From: Camelus ferus
Lineage: Eukaryota
Length of the DNA stretch: 64,000 bases
Assembly: GCF_009834535.1 (NCBI RefSeq)
Contig: NC_045715.1
Coordinates: 24,118,001-24,182,000 of the forward strand
Direction of reading: 5' to 3'
Notes under the pieces: generated by a model
What the model was told of the DNA's origin: nothing
Databases searched by the model: none
Seen by the model: only the letters and a program-made list of their open reading frames with translations
Shown here: positions 36,801-47,000 of the stretch, piece after piece
Numbering within the stretch: the first letter of the stretch is position 1
How the letters are laid out: each line of letters starts with the position of its first letter
Translations under genes and position numbers: made by a program

Positions 36801-39800
36801 CAAAGAACTGGCTCTGTGGGCTGCAGCCAGATCCTGAGCTCCAAACCCTGGGGCACTGGGTAGGGAGATGGCTCTTCCTCCTGGGTCATTCATACTTTTT
36901 TTTTTTAATTCATCTTATTTTGAATAGGTAACCCATGCCATGGTGACAAAAATCAGAAAGGTACAAAAAGGTGCATAATAAGGAGCCAGTGCTCCCCTCC
37001 CTAGAACAGCCACTGTTAGCAGTTTCTTTTGTCTTTTTCCACATGTAATCCATACATACGCAAGCCAAAAACTTGTATGTGTATTTGAAAGAGCCAGCAG
37101 AGAAGCTTAACATGCATGTTCCTCTAAACTATGCCTTTTTTCAGTTAATAATATGCCTTGGAAATTCTGTGCTTTTTATTTGCTGCCTAATGCCCCATTA
37201 CATAGGAGTGCTGTCATATACTTAGCTGGTCCCCTGCAGATGGGCATTTAGATCATTTTCACTTATTTGTCATAGTCAGTGTTGCAGTGAGCAACCTTCT
37301 ACATAGATCATCTTGTATCCCTGGGGAGTATGGCTGTAGAAGTAGAGTTGCTGTATTGAAGGAAGTGTGCATTTGTAATTTTGATAGTGCCAGCCTGCCC
37401 TCACTGGAGTGATCAGTGATAGCCTGTATCACTGAATTTTCACACATAACCCTGTAGTTTCATGTGATCCAAGGCTTCCACCCCTCTCATGAGACCTTCT
37501 ACTCCAGCTAGTCCAAACAATAAAATACATGGGTCTTGTCTCTGTGGACCAAGGGAATAAAGGACAAGGCAGGGCCAAAGGAGAAGGCTTGGGTGGTGCT
37601 CAGGTGATGTAGGTGCAGGGCCAGCTGTTTTCTGAGCACGTCTCTGTCCAGCCCTCCTGTGGGAGATGTGTGTTCTGGATGCTTGAAGCTTCCATCTAAC
37701 ACACAGGCTTCGGGGCTTCTCTTCCCCACTTTCCTTTTCCTAACTGCTTTATTTCCCCATAGCATCAGTTTCTTTTTCATATGTGTTTTGATGAATGCAT
37801 GCCTGCATGTTTCATTACTGTCTGTCAGTGCCCAGAAGGCAGGGCTCATGTCTGGGTTAATTTGTACAGCATCTAGTGCAAAACTGGGAGCGGACTGACA
37901 CATACTTTGTGCTTCTAGTAGTGACATTTTATTTTTATTTTTAAAGCCACATACTTATTAATATGGTGACAAAGGAAATTTAAAAAGGAAACTGACCTCC
38001 CACTGTTCCATCACCTTAACACAATTGTCTTCATTTCTGTGTTGCCTTCTGTTTGTTTTTAACAAAATGCTCATCCAAAATACATGCTCTTTTGTATTCT
38101 GCTTTTTTCAATGTTAGAACTTTTTAAATTTTGACAAAACTTTGTATCACAGTCATTATTGGAACAGTGTATCTTCTAATCAGTGCATTATAATTTACCT
38201 GTTCCATATGAGATAGTTATTTCCAACTTGTAACATTATACGTATACATTATACATTATACATTTTTGTTCAAAACCTTCTTATTCGTTTTTAAAGTTAA
38301 TTTTTCTAAGAATAAATTCCCAGGGAAGGAATTTACTGGAGCACATGGTTCATACTTTTTTTTTTATGGCTCTTGAGACATACTGCCAAATTATATTCTG
38401 GAAGAATTAGACTGGTCTGCAATTTCCTCAGCAGTGTATGATTACACAGGTTTCCCCTCAGCCTGCCTCTTCAGTATTGGATTTTATCTTTTTGTTGTTA
38501 TTGCTCTGATTCAATAGATAGAAAACAAGACCTCATTATTAGTAGTACATTTTTGAAAAATTATAAATATGGGTGGTCATGTTTCCTTAGGACCTTATTT
38601 TCTACTCTGTGGAATTTGGGCCTTTTTCCTTAGTTGAGTGTGGTCACCTCCACACCTCCAGTTTATAGACATGGGGAGGGGGAGGGAAGTTCCTCTGTGT
38701 GCTCATTTGTGAAGTTCCCATCCATGTGTTCTAGTGCACTGGGTGCAGAATACAGTTAAGCTGAAGAGGTGCGGTGCCTGCCCCAGGCGGGACACCCAGT
38801 GAAAGGTTCTGACAAAACAGGTGCACAAAGGACCTGCAGACCTGCTTGGCTCTGCTGAGTGCTGTGCAGCCAGGTGATGTGGATAGCCAGGTGTGGCCCT
38901 GTCAGAAAGGAACTCATTTAGCAAGTAGTTTAACTGGGATGTCCATTTCAGGTATGTTTTTCCATGAAGCCTCCATCATAAGGCCGACCAGTAAGGGAGT
39001 CCCAAAGAATAGTTTGTGGCTTTGCCAGGCTGGGTTATGGTCTTCTTCCTGGTGTCCCGGTGATGAAGCAGTTAACATTTTTCCAAAGCAGTTAACATGT
39101 TGTCCTAAGGTTCTAGTTCAGAGGTCAGCAAATTGTAACCTGTTGCTTGTTTTTGTAGTCTGGATGAGCTGAGAGTGGTTTTTACATTTTCAAATGATTG
39201 AAAATCAAAAGAAGAATTGATGAATGCATGAAAATTACACAAAATTCAAATTTCAGTGTCCAGAAATAGAGCTTTATGGGGACACAGCCATGCTTACTCA
39301 TTTATGAAGTCTCTGCGGCTGCTTTCGTACTTCAACAGCAGAGTTGAGTAGGTGCGACAGAGACCCTGTAGCTCACAAAACCTAAAATATTTACTATTTG
39401 GCTTTTTATGGAACAAATTTGCCAACCCCTGATCTAGTCTTAAGAACTAAGGAAAGGGTAGGGTAGAGGAAGGGTGGAGGGGATGTTGCTGACTCATTCC
39501 TGGGCTGCCCCAGTCAAATGGAGGTCCCAGGCAGGCCTCCTGGGCACCATTCCAAGTCCCCTTCCGGTGCTGTCTCCTCCCCTCCCCCACCCCAGGCAGA
39601 AGCCTCCTGATGCCCTTTGAAGACCGCGGAGACCTGGAGCCTCTGGAGCTGGTGTGGGCCAAGTGCCGAGGCTATCCCTCCTACCCTGCCTTGGTGAGTC
39701 TGCCCCAGAGGCCACCCTCCTCCCTCCCGCCGGCGGTTCTGGCCCCTGCCTTGCCTTGGGGGCTTATCTGAATGGATCAAGCCAGCAGAGGCGGGTTGCC

Positions 39801-42800
39801 TCCAGCTGCAAAAAAGAGGGAGGTTTTACCCCAGCCAGGGTGGGTCAAACCAGAAAGGCTCCCAGCTTAGGGCACTTATAGTAGGCTAAATTATACAGAC
39901 AGAGGTTAGGGCTCTTAGGGATTTAATAGCATTCATTTATTTGCTAAATAAAAAAATCATTATGCATAAAAATAATGTGTTCATTGTAGAGAACTGTAAA
40001 AGCTGCTGATAATGCTTAGATGTTTTACTAAACATCTGTCATGCTAAGTTCTTAAAATACTGAGGAAGGTATGGTTATTTTTTATAGGGGAATAAATTGA
40101 GGATCTATTTGCTACCCATGGTTATCTAGCCAGTAAGTGGCAAGATTGAAATTTGAGCCCAAGCTTCAAAATGTGTAATGTCAAAGCCTGTGTTCTGAGC
40201 CACTGAGTTCAAAATCACCCACAGTCCCATCTGTTCAGAGATTACCTCTTGATGTATATCCACTCAGCCTTTTTTTGTTTAATGCATAAATATGAGACCA
40301 TACTCGCTTTAACCTCCCCTTCACTTAACAGCACACCATGAGCATGTTTGTCTTATGCCATTGAACAGTCTTCATTAGTATCACTTTAATGACTACATTG
40401 TCTTCAGTTGTGTGCATGTAACTTATTTTAACCATTCCCTTGTTGATCAGTTAGATTGTTTTAAATTTTTCACTGTGATAAACAGCTGGCAGTAAGCATC
40501 ACTGAAACTTAACCTTCGTACACATGCATGATTATTTCTTTACAGTGAAGAAGTCTTAGGAATGCCTTCTTGGAGCAAAGTCTATGCAAAAGTCTGATAC
40601 AAATTGCCAAGTTCCCCCTTAGAAAATTAGTTCCAGTTTATACTCCCATCAACAGTAGCTTAAATTTCCATTTTTTTCCATAGTAGCAGTAGTTAAAAAT
40701 TCTGTTCTAACCACCTTGATTATTATTTCTTAGGGCTCTTTTTATATTGGGAAGGTAATGTTTATCTGGCCCTGGAAGATACTGATTCTAACCTTTGGGG
40801 CATGTCAGAATCATCTGGGAGAATTTTTTTTTTTTAATACAATTCTGAGACCCCACTCAGAACTATCGTATCAGACTCTCTAAAGCCAGACCAAGGCAGG
40901 AATATTTTTTAAAAAGCTTCCCAGATGGTCTGTAGCCGGGGCTTAGAACTACCCCACCAACCTCTTGCATGCACACAGAGCTCTGAGCCTCTCCCAGCTC
41001 ATTCGTGTCTGTGGCTCATCTGTCTTAAGCAGCCTCTTAAGGTAAAGAGAGTAAGAACTCTGATCCTTTTTGGACAGATGAGGAAACTGCAATTTCCAGA
41101 GGTTATACAGTTTGCTGGAGCAATGTTGGAACCCGAACTGCCTGCCTCACCCACTGCTTAGCGATGGCAGGTGGGAGATCCACACTGTGAGCCTGTACTG
41201 AGCTTGGGCCTGGAGCTGCCTTTATAGGCTCCCTGCCCTGCTGTCCGTGAGACCCCACAGCTTAGTTGTTGGAGAAGTGGTTAAGGTGTGTCGGTTTAAT
41301 TTTGTTTTTCTAATCTCATAGTGTAAAAAAGCCAGTCTAAATCTAGTCCCTTTCTTTTTCCTTTTTAATTATCTTCTTAATCATACATTTTCTTCCATGA
41401 TTAAAGAAATTCAACCACCACCTGAACACAACCTGCGTTTTTATTTTGGTTTATGCTCTCCTAGTTGTTTTCCTGTGCATACTTAAATATGTATTTGCAC
41501 CCATAGTGAATATACAGTTTTTAATCTCTTTTTCTGAAGCTTTTGTTCTTTAAAAAAAAAAGTCTTTTCTGTAAAAGTAATGTATCTACATTATAGAAGT
41601 TTTGGAAAAATAGAGAAAATCAACACAAAGCCCTCAGCATTCTGACATGTCAATTATAAGCATTTTGTTTTATTGTGTCTATTGTTTATATATTATAGCT
41701 GTAATAATAAAGTGTGTACACATTTATTATGTAGTATGTTATGTTATCACAAGCTTTATTTCCATGTTGTTTTACATCTGCATAACATTTGAATGAATGG
41801 ATCATTATTATTTTGGGACACATTTGCCTCTGTCTTCTTTAAAAAAGAGAGGAGAGGTCTCCTTCAGAGACAGACTTGCCCATCTTGCTTCTACCCTTGG
41901 GGGGACATTTTTCACAGTCTGCCCCACATTCCAAGCCAGGTACCAGCTGGCTTGGTTAGAAGAAAACATATCAGAGTTAGCCTCATTGTCTTGTTCTATA
42001 ATCGAGGAAGCTCAGGAGGACTTGTCTGGTGGTTCTCATTAGCTTAGCTTCAGTCCCAAGAGGGATAGACAGGCTGGGAATAGAATTCTTACCAAATCAT
42101 ACAGCTGGGGGCAGGGTAGGGGTGAGTCTTCCTTAGAATAAACTCTTAACCAGATCACCTGCTTTTAGCTGCTTATCTTGAGAGGGATGTAGGAAGCTGG
42201 CAGACACCCAAAAGTAAATAGTGAGAGCAATTTATTATTATGAAAAGAGGCCCCCTGGGACAGGGTATAGGAATTAAGATTGCTCCATCTCTGGAGAAAG
42301 CTGCTTCCTCGGTAAGTTTCCAAGTCTTCCTGGCCTTGGTGCACAGAGATTATTAGCCAGCTGCTCTGGAAGCAGGGACTGTGTAGGAGGCACTGGGCAG
42401 CAGAGGACCACGACTTGTCCAGGGACCTGTTTTTTGTCCCCACCAGCTACATTCTCCTTTTGTGCTTGGCATTTTCCTCTGTCAGCTAATACCTGTCAGC
42501 AGACTTCTCAACATCAGCAAGAAGATGAAATAAGATGATGATGTGTGAATGATTAGGAGCTTTGGTAACTTTGTCAGTGCTCTATAGAGCTGGAGAATTA
42601 TTGTGTTGATGCCACCAGGTATTTTGCTGAGCCTCTGTCCTTGTGGAACATGCAGCATTGAGGATTGATTCTAACAGTGGTCCTTGTTTCCAGCCACATC
42701 ATTCTCCCCTCTCCAGCAACCCTCCAAGCTCACTCTTCTGGCTTCTCTCTGATCTTACCATGGAGGTGTTAAATGTCCATGCACCAGAAAGGATTATAAT

Positions 42801-45076
42801 AGACAGGAAGGTGGTAGGTAACCAGGGGATCTATTTAGGTAACCTATACAGAAGGGATGGGCCCTCCTGCTGACAGAGAACCTTCTTCACAGCCATGGTG
42901 TCTAGGAAGGCTCCTGAGAGTTTAAAGTGAATTACAAAGGTTCTGAAGGGAAACTGGCAGGGAGAAAAATGACTTCCATTCCTCTCCCCTAAGGGACATT
43001 GGAAGGAAAGCGTTTGTCTGTCTGGTCTGAGTGTCAGCGATATTCCACTCACTTGCGACAACCCCCCACGCTGGCTTCCCAGTACTTCTCTTTCAGATCC
43101 AGGGCCTGACAGTTCATGGAGCATGCTCTCTCGTCAGAAGGACTGATTAGGAAGGGTCTAAGGATTAGGACAGTGTCTGGGGGAAACAGAGTCAAGATTT
43201 TTGTTTTGGGGCATTGCAGGTCATTGGAAGAGGTCAGCCCCTCTATCACTAGGTTGTGGACAAGGCCAATTCCCTGCACAGCTTCAGTGTGGGGTGGTTC
43301 AGGGATTAGTCTTAGGACAGGGGGCACTGTTCACCCCATCCACTCCCAGCTGAATGCTGTCTGCTTTCCTGCTTCCAGATCATCGATCCCAAGATGCCCC
43401 GGGAGGGCCTCCTGCACAATGGTGTCCCCATCCCTGTCCCCCCACTGGATGTGCTGAAGCTGGGAGAGCAGAAACAGGCCGAGGCTGGAGAGAAGCTCTT
43501 CCTTGTCCTCTTTTTTGACAACAAACGCACCTGGTGAGTGAGTGCTGCTGCTGGGAGGGTGCACCAGGATGTAGGCTGAGGGGCACAACTGGAAGGATGT
43601 TCTAATGCTGATGTGCTGGAGAAGTACATAGAGGGACAGTGGGCTCAGTCACCTGCCTCTACCCAGGTGAAGGTGAGGGGTTACTTGCCAGCAGTTAGCC
43701 TGCACTTGCTTTGTTAATAGTAACTTAGTATTACTAATAACACTGATTAATAATGTTAATAGTGACTGAGAGGTGTTGCAGATCCAATTCCCTGGGAAAC
43801 ACTCTGAGTAGGAGATTTGTATTAGGAGGCTTACTGGGGAGAGCTGGGGGATGGGTGAGGGCTGCAGCATGGGGCGGAGGAAGAAGCTGACCTGCAGCAC
43901 ACTTGCTGCAGAGGCCTCAACTGATCCTGTGGGGAGCTCTGGAGCTGGGTGGCTCATTAAAGATATCAGGAATTGGGGCTGTGCCTTTGTACCCCCATGT
44001 CAACCAGTCATGAATGCTGGCTGCCATTAGGGAGTGGGGTGACCTTTGTGGAGGGAGATTTCTGGAGATGGACTCAGTTGAGAGCCTGTAATCTGCTAAC
44101 ACTCCCAGTGGCTGCCGGAATGCATGTCTCAGTGCTGGGCAGGGTGTTTGGGACAGCACAGGGTCCGCCACAAGTGGCTTTTTTGCTCATGGTTTACAAA
44201 CTCCACCAGGAGGCTTCTTTCACCTCTGCTTCTATAGAGTGAGGAGGCAGGACTAGCTAATAAAAATAATAATAATAGCCGCCACTTATTGAGCATTTAC
44301 TCTATGTCCTTATGCAGACTGCTTTACATACATGATTTCGTTTGATCCTCATTTAAATCTTCATTAATTCTCTCCCAATCCATTTTGCAGATGAGAAAGC
44401 TGAGGCTCAGAAAACCAAGACCCCATAGCCAGAACCGAGATACAAACTAAGATCTGGCTTCAAAGGCTGGGCTCTTAGCTACATGTTAGATTCATCCCGG
44501 GACCTTTTTAAAAGCACCAGGTGCTGGCCCCACCAGAGATCAGTTCATGATTCCTGGCATCAGCTCCACTTCCTAGCCATAATGCCCTGACTCCCCAAGG
44601 CAGAGCGAGGCTCAGAGCCCTTCAGATGGCTCAGCTGGTCTCCTAGGGGTCACAGAGGCTTCCCTCTGCTCCAAGGCCTGATAACCCATTAAACTGACTG
44701 AGCGTCCTGGAGCCCAGGAAAGGGCCTGGCTGCAAAACAAGTCCCTTGGTGGCCTCCTACCTGTGGTGTCCCAGTCTTCCCTCTTCTGCCCTGTCCCCTC
44801 TCACTGACTACTGGTACTGGGCAAGTGGGTTTAGAGGAGCCCTCCTGTGGGACCCACCATGGCCCAGGCCTCTTACTGTGCTTATATTTTAGGCAGTGGC
44901 TTCCAAGGGACAAAGTCCTGCCCCTGGGTGTGGAAGATACTGTGGACAAGCTCAAGATGCTGGAAGGCCGCAAGACCAGCATCCGCAAGTCAGTGCAGGT
45001 GGCCTACGACCGTGCGATGATCCACCTGAGCCGAGTGCGGGGGCCCCACTCCTTTGTCACCTCCAGCTACCTGTAA
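17378..45076 (+). CDS. BRPF3: BRPF3, spliced CDS over 12 coding exons (about 1208 aa): EPC-like N-terminal region, PZP (PHD-zinc knuckle-PHD), bromodomain, PWWP
   Basis: Translation [31 protein letters not shown]... to ...[12 protein letters not shown] matches recalled mammalian BRPF3. Exon lengths 1454+157+132+129+313+303+510+94+98+98+155+184=3627 nt with consistent phases (exon 6 length inferred). Confidence 0.97.
20200..20440. mobile_element. MIR SINE
   Basis: tttgaatcctgcttctatcact...tacttaactt...aagcactcagcacagtgcctggca...ctcaataaat MIR core. Confidence 0.75.
21675..21831 (+). CDS. BRPF3: BRPF3 exon 3
   Basis: caag|G acceptor; [52 protein letters not shown]; CAG|GTAGG donor; 157 nt. 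Confidence 0.96.
22450..23760 (+). mobile_element. Degenerate L2 body in intron 3
   Basis: Long CT-rich stretch with L2-like motifs (gactcttctctcc, ctccagcctc, tcctgtcatttcc). Confidence 0.55.
24208..24339 (+). CDS. BRPF3: BRPF3 exon 4
   Basis: Pyrimidine tract plus cag|; [44 protein letters not shown]; CAG|GTAAG donor; 132 nt. Confidence 0.96.
24780..25050. mobile_element. MIR SINE
   Basis: cagactgcctgggtttaaatcctgattctgccac...ctataaaatg...gcttagaacagtgtgtggcacatagtagg. Confidence 0.8.
26337..26465 (+). CDS. BRPF3: BRPF3 exon 5 (start of bromodomain), ends in a GC donor
   Basis: tag|GTC; [43 protein letters not shown]; GAG|GCAAGT; 129 nt. Confidence 0.93.
26742..27054 (+). CDS. BRPF3: BRPF3 exon 6 (bromodomain core), mostly N-masked; start inferred
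   Basis: Visible 3' part 26989-27054 encodes [21 protein letters not shown], then G|GTGAG donor. Start computed from the recalled human exon content (104 codons + 1 nt) and lies inside N block 26681-26988. Confidence 0.8.
27785..28087 (+). CDS. BRPF3: BRPF3 exon 7
   Basis: ttttccctggcag|TG; [26 protein letters not shown]...EEPEDDGDR; G|GTGAG donor; 303 nt, phase 1-1. Confidence 0.96.
29352..29530. mobile_element. MER5-like hAT DNA transposon
   Basis: cagtggtttgtaacc...ggtgattctaat...ctagaactactactgtag termini. Confidence 0.65.
29696..30205 (+). CDS. BRPF3: BRPF3 exon 8 (Pro/Ser-rich linker)
   Basis: ctctaacag|AT; [14 protein letters not shown]...[13 protein letters not shown]...SPQQEEET; G|GTGACC donor; 510 nt, phase 1-1. 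Confidence 0.95.
30520..30920 (-). mobile_element. L2 fragment in intron 8
   Basis: ggtggccaggggaggccttccaaggaggtgacatttgagtaaagatctgaa is a typical antisense L2 segment. Confidence 0.7.
33105..33198 (+). CDS. BRPF3: BRPF3 exon 9
   Basis: ttggcag|GT; [30 protein letters not shown]; AG|GTAAG donor; 94 nt. Confidence 0.94.
36660..36757 (+). CDS. BRPF3: BRPF3 exon 10
   Basis: tgcag|T; [32 protein letters not shown]; G|GTGAG donor; 98 nt. Confidence 0.95.
39119..39431. mobile_element. MER58-like hAT-Charlie MITE
   Basis: Terminal inverted repeats cagaggtcagcaaa / tttgccaacccctg; flanks ttctagtt and atctagtc form a degenerate 8-bp TSD. Confidence 0.85.
39596..39693 (+). CDS. BRPF3: BRPF3 exon 11 (start of PWWP)
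   Basis: cccag|GC; [32 protein letters not shown]; TTG|GTGAGT donor; 98 nt. Confidence 0.96.
43379..43533 (+). CDS. BRPF3: BRPF3 exon 12 (PWWP)
   Basis: ttccag|ATC; [51 protein letters not shown]; TG|GTGAGT donor; 155 nt. Confidence 0.96.
43775..44175 (+). mobile_element. LTR16-like (ERVL) solo LTR in intron 12
   Basis: ttccctgggaaacactctgag...ggggagctctggagctggg...gcctttgtacccccatgtcaaccagtcat...ctaacactccc follows the recalled LTR16A consensus. Confidence 0.75.
44893..45076 (+). CDS. BRPF3: BRPF3 exon 13 coding part (end of PWWP, stop)
   Basis: ttttag|G; [63 protein letters not shown] at 45074-45076. Confidence 0.96.
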
Positions 45077-46632
45077 GGGCGGGGCCTGGCCTGCATCTGC
45101 CTTCTCTGCCTCCATCCCGCAGGGCACAGAGAAACCTCTTCCTGCCCCAGCCAAATGTGTGGCCGGCAGCTCCCCTCTTCCATGGCAGGCTGGGGACTGG
45201 GCTGTGTCCTCCCCAAGGGCAAGGCCCCAGTTTTGACCAACTGTGTGGTTCCCTTCGCGGGCCTGCTGTGTGCCAAAAACTCCCACCTGAGCTCCCTCAG
45301 GGGCTGGTCCACTGAAGAACCAGTTAGAAGGAGAAACAGCTGTGAGGCTTGGGCTCAGCCTAGGAGATAGACCTGGCCCCAGAAGGCAAGAGATCCTGGG
45401 CTCTTTCTCAAGGGTGTGCCTGGCCCCCTCACCCCACTCCCAACTAACTACACCTCAAGGTGAGCAAGGCTCTGACACTGAGCCCAGAGGTGCTGTGGAT
45501 ACACTTGGGTCCTGCGGGAAGTCTCACAGAGCTCACCCTCTCTTTCCCTCTATCACCCATCCTTATACCTCTTCCCAGTCCCATCTTCTCTGCATCTCTG
45601 CCCAGTCTCTCTTTTTCCCATGTTCCTTTCTCTTGTGCCAAACTGACAAAAACCATCACCAAACTGATCTTTTTCTTTTTATGTCTCATTCCCTTTGAGG
45701 CCAGCTGCTATGCTAGGTGGGTGCCTCCACCTGGCTCCTCAAGGCCCAGGACAGAGGCCAGCCTACCACTTGGGTGACGCCTTCACCAGCACACCACCCC
45801 CTACCTTCATATCTGCTTCAGACAAACAGCTAGGCCAGGCTGTGAGAACTTGCCCCCATGAATTGAGACAGGGCTCCTCCTGCCCGCTTTTGTCTTGCCG
45901 GGAGGTGGGCTCAGGCTTGGCAGGCTCCTGGTCAGCAGACCAGACTGGTTGTATGAGTGTTCATCTGTCCACTTGGATTCTGAGGGTTGTTGGGGTGGAG
46001 CTGTGCCCTTCGGCTGGGTCTATTCTTTCACCCCTCCTATAGTCTCCTCTGCAACTGCAGCCTCCAGCATCACTCTCCGCCACCATGGACAGCAGGGTGC
46101 CTCCAGTCCAGCGTCTTCTGTCTTGTACTCTGCCCTGCCCAGCCTCTGCTGCTCCGAACTCCAGTGAACGCATTGCTTTTATTTCAAACCCTCTGTCCCC
46201 TTCCCTCTTTTCCTTCAACCCCCTCTCCACCTTTACCTTCTCAAAAACAGAAGGGAAAAAAAAAACTGTGAAATGAGAAATGCTGACTGACAAACCAACA
46301 CAACTTTCAGAGGCTTCGATGTCTGTTCTCTGGATGTTTCTTTTCACCTCTCAAACACCAAAGTCGCAGGGCCAGGTTGCAGGCCACTGATCACCATGTT
46401 GATTTTTAACCTGATGTTCTTTTTAATTGTTTTAAATTTTTCATAGGGGAGTTTTGGACAAAACGCAGTCCCTGGGGAGATCACTGCCATTTTTACACAC
46501 TTGACTTTTTAAAAATACAACCAACCAACCGCCACGATTTCTTATACATTTGGGACACGAGCCAGAGTTTAAAAGGGAATCAACAAAACTCTCTCTGTAA
46601 CATAAAGGATGGGGTTTTGTCTTTTGTACAAT

Positions 46633-46638
46633 AATAAA
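46633..46638 (+). terminator. BRPF3: Candidate polyadenylation signal AATAAA
   Basis: Canonical hexamer with TGTA at 46625-46628 upstream and G/T-rich sequence downstream. Confidence 0.55.
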
Positions 46639-46875
46639 ACTACATTACAGCATATGGCTAGGGAAGGACATGGTGTATATAATTGTAAAATACTGTTCTA
46701 AATTATTCAGGCCTATAGCTTCCATTCCTGGAGTCCTCCATTGTGTGGCTGAGTATTTTAAATGCACACAGTGTGGTTTATTTAAAGGAGCCAATGCGTC
46801 CCCCCTCTCCCCAGGTAGTCAGTTGGCTGTGGACTCTGTGACCTTTGTCTCAACCTGTGTTGTAAGATCTCGGGG

Positions 46876-47000
46876 CTTTCTCTCTCTCTCTCTCTTTCTG
46901 TGTCTCTTTCTTCCTTTCTTCCCCTAAACCCTTTCTCTTTCTTAGTCTCTCTCTGTTTTTTTCAATCTCTTTGAATCTTTCAGTCTCTCTCTGAGTCTCA
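46876..47000 (+). repeat. CT-rich low-complexity tract with (CT)n core in the putative 3'UTR
   Basis: About 125 nt that is mostly pyrimidine. Confidence 0.85.

Noticed and set aside
44896-45315. 139-aa alternative-frame ORF across the BRPF3 stop
   Set aside because: Non-ATG start, and neither nearby acceptor (44892 or 44896) leads into this frame.
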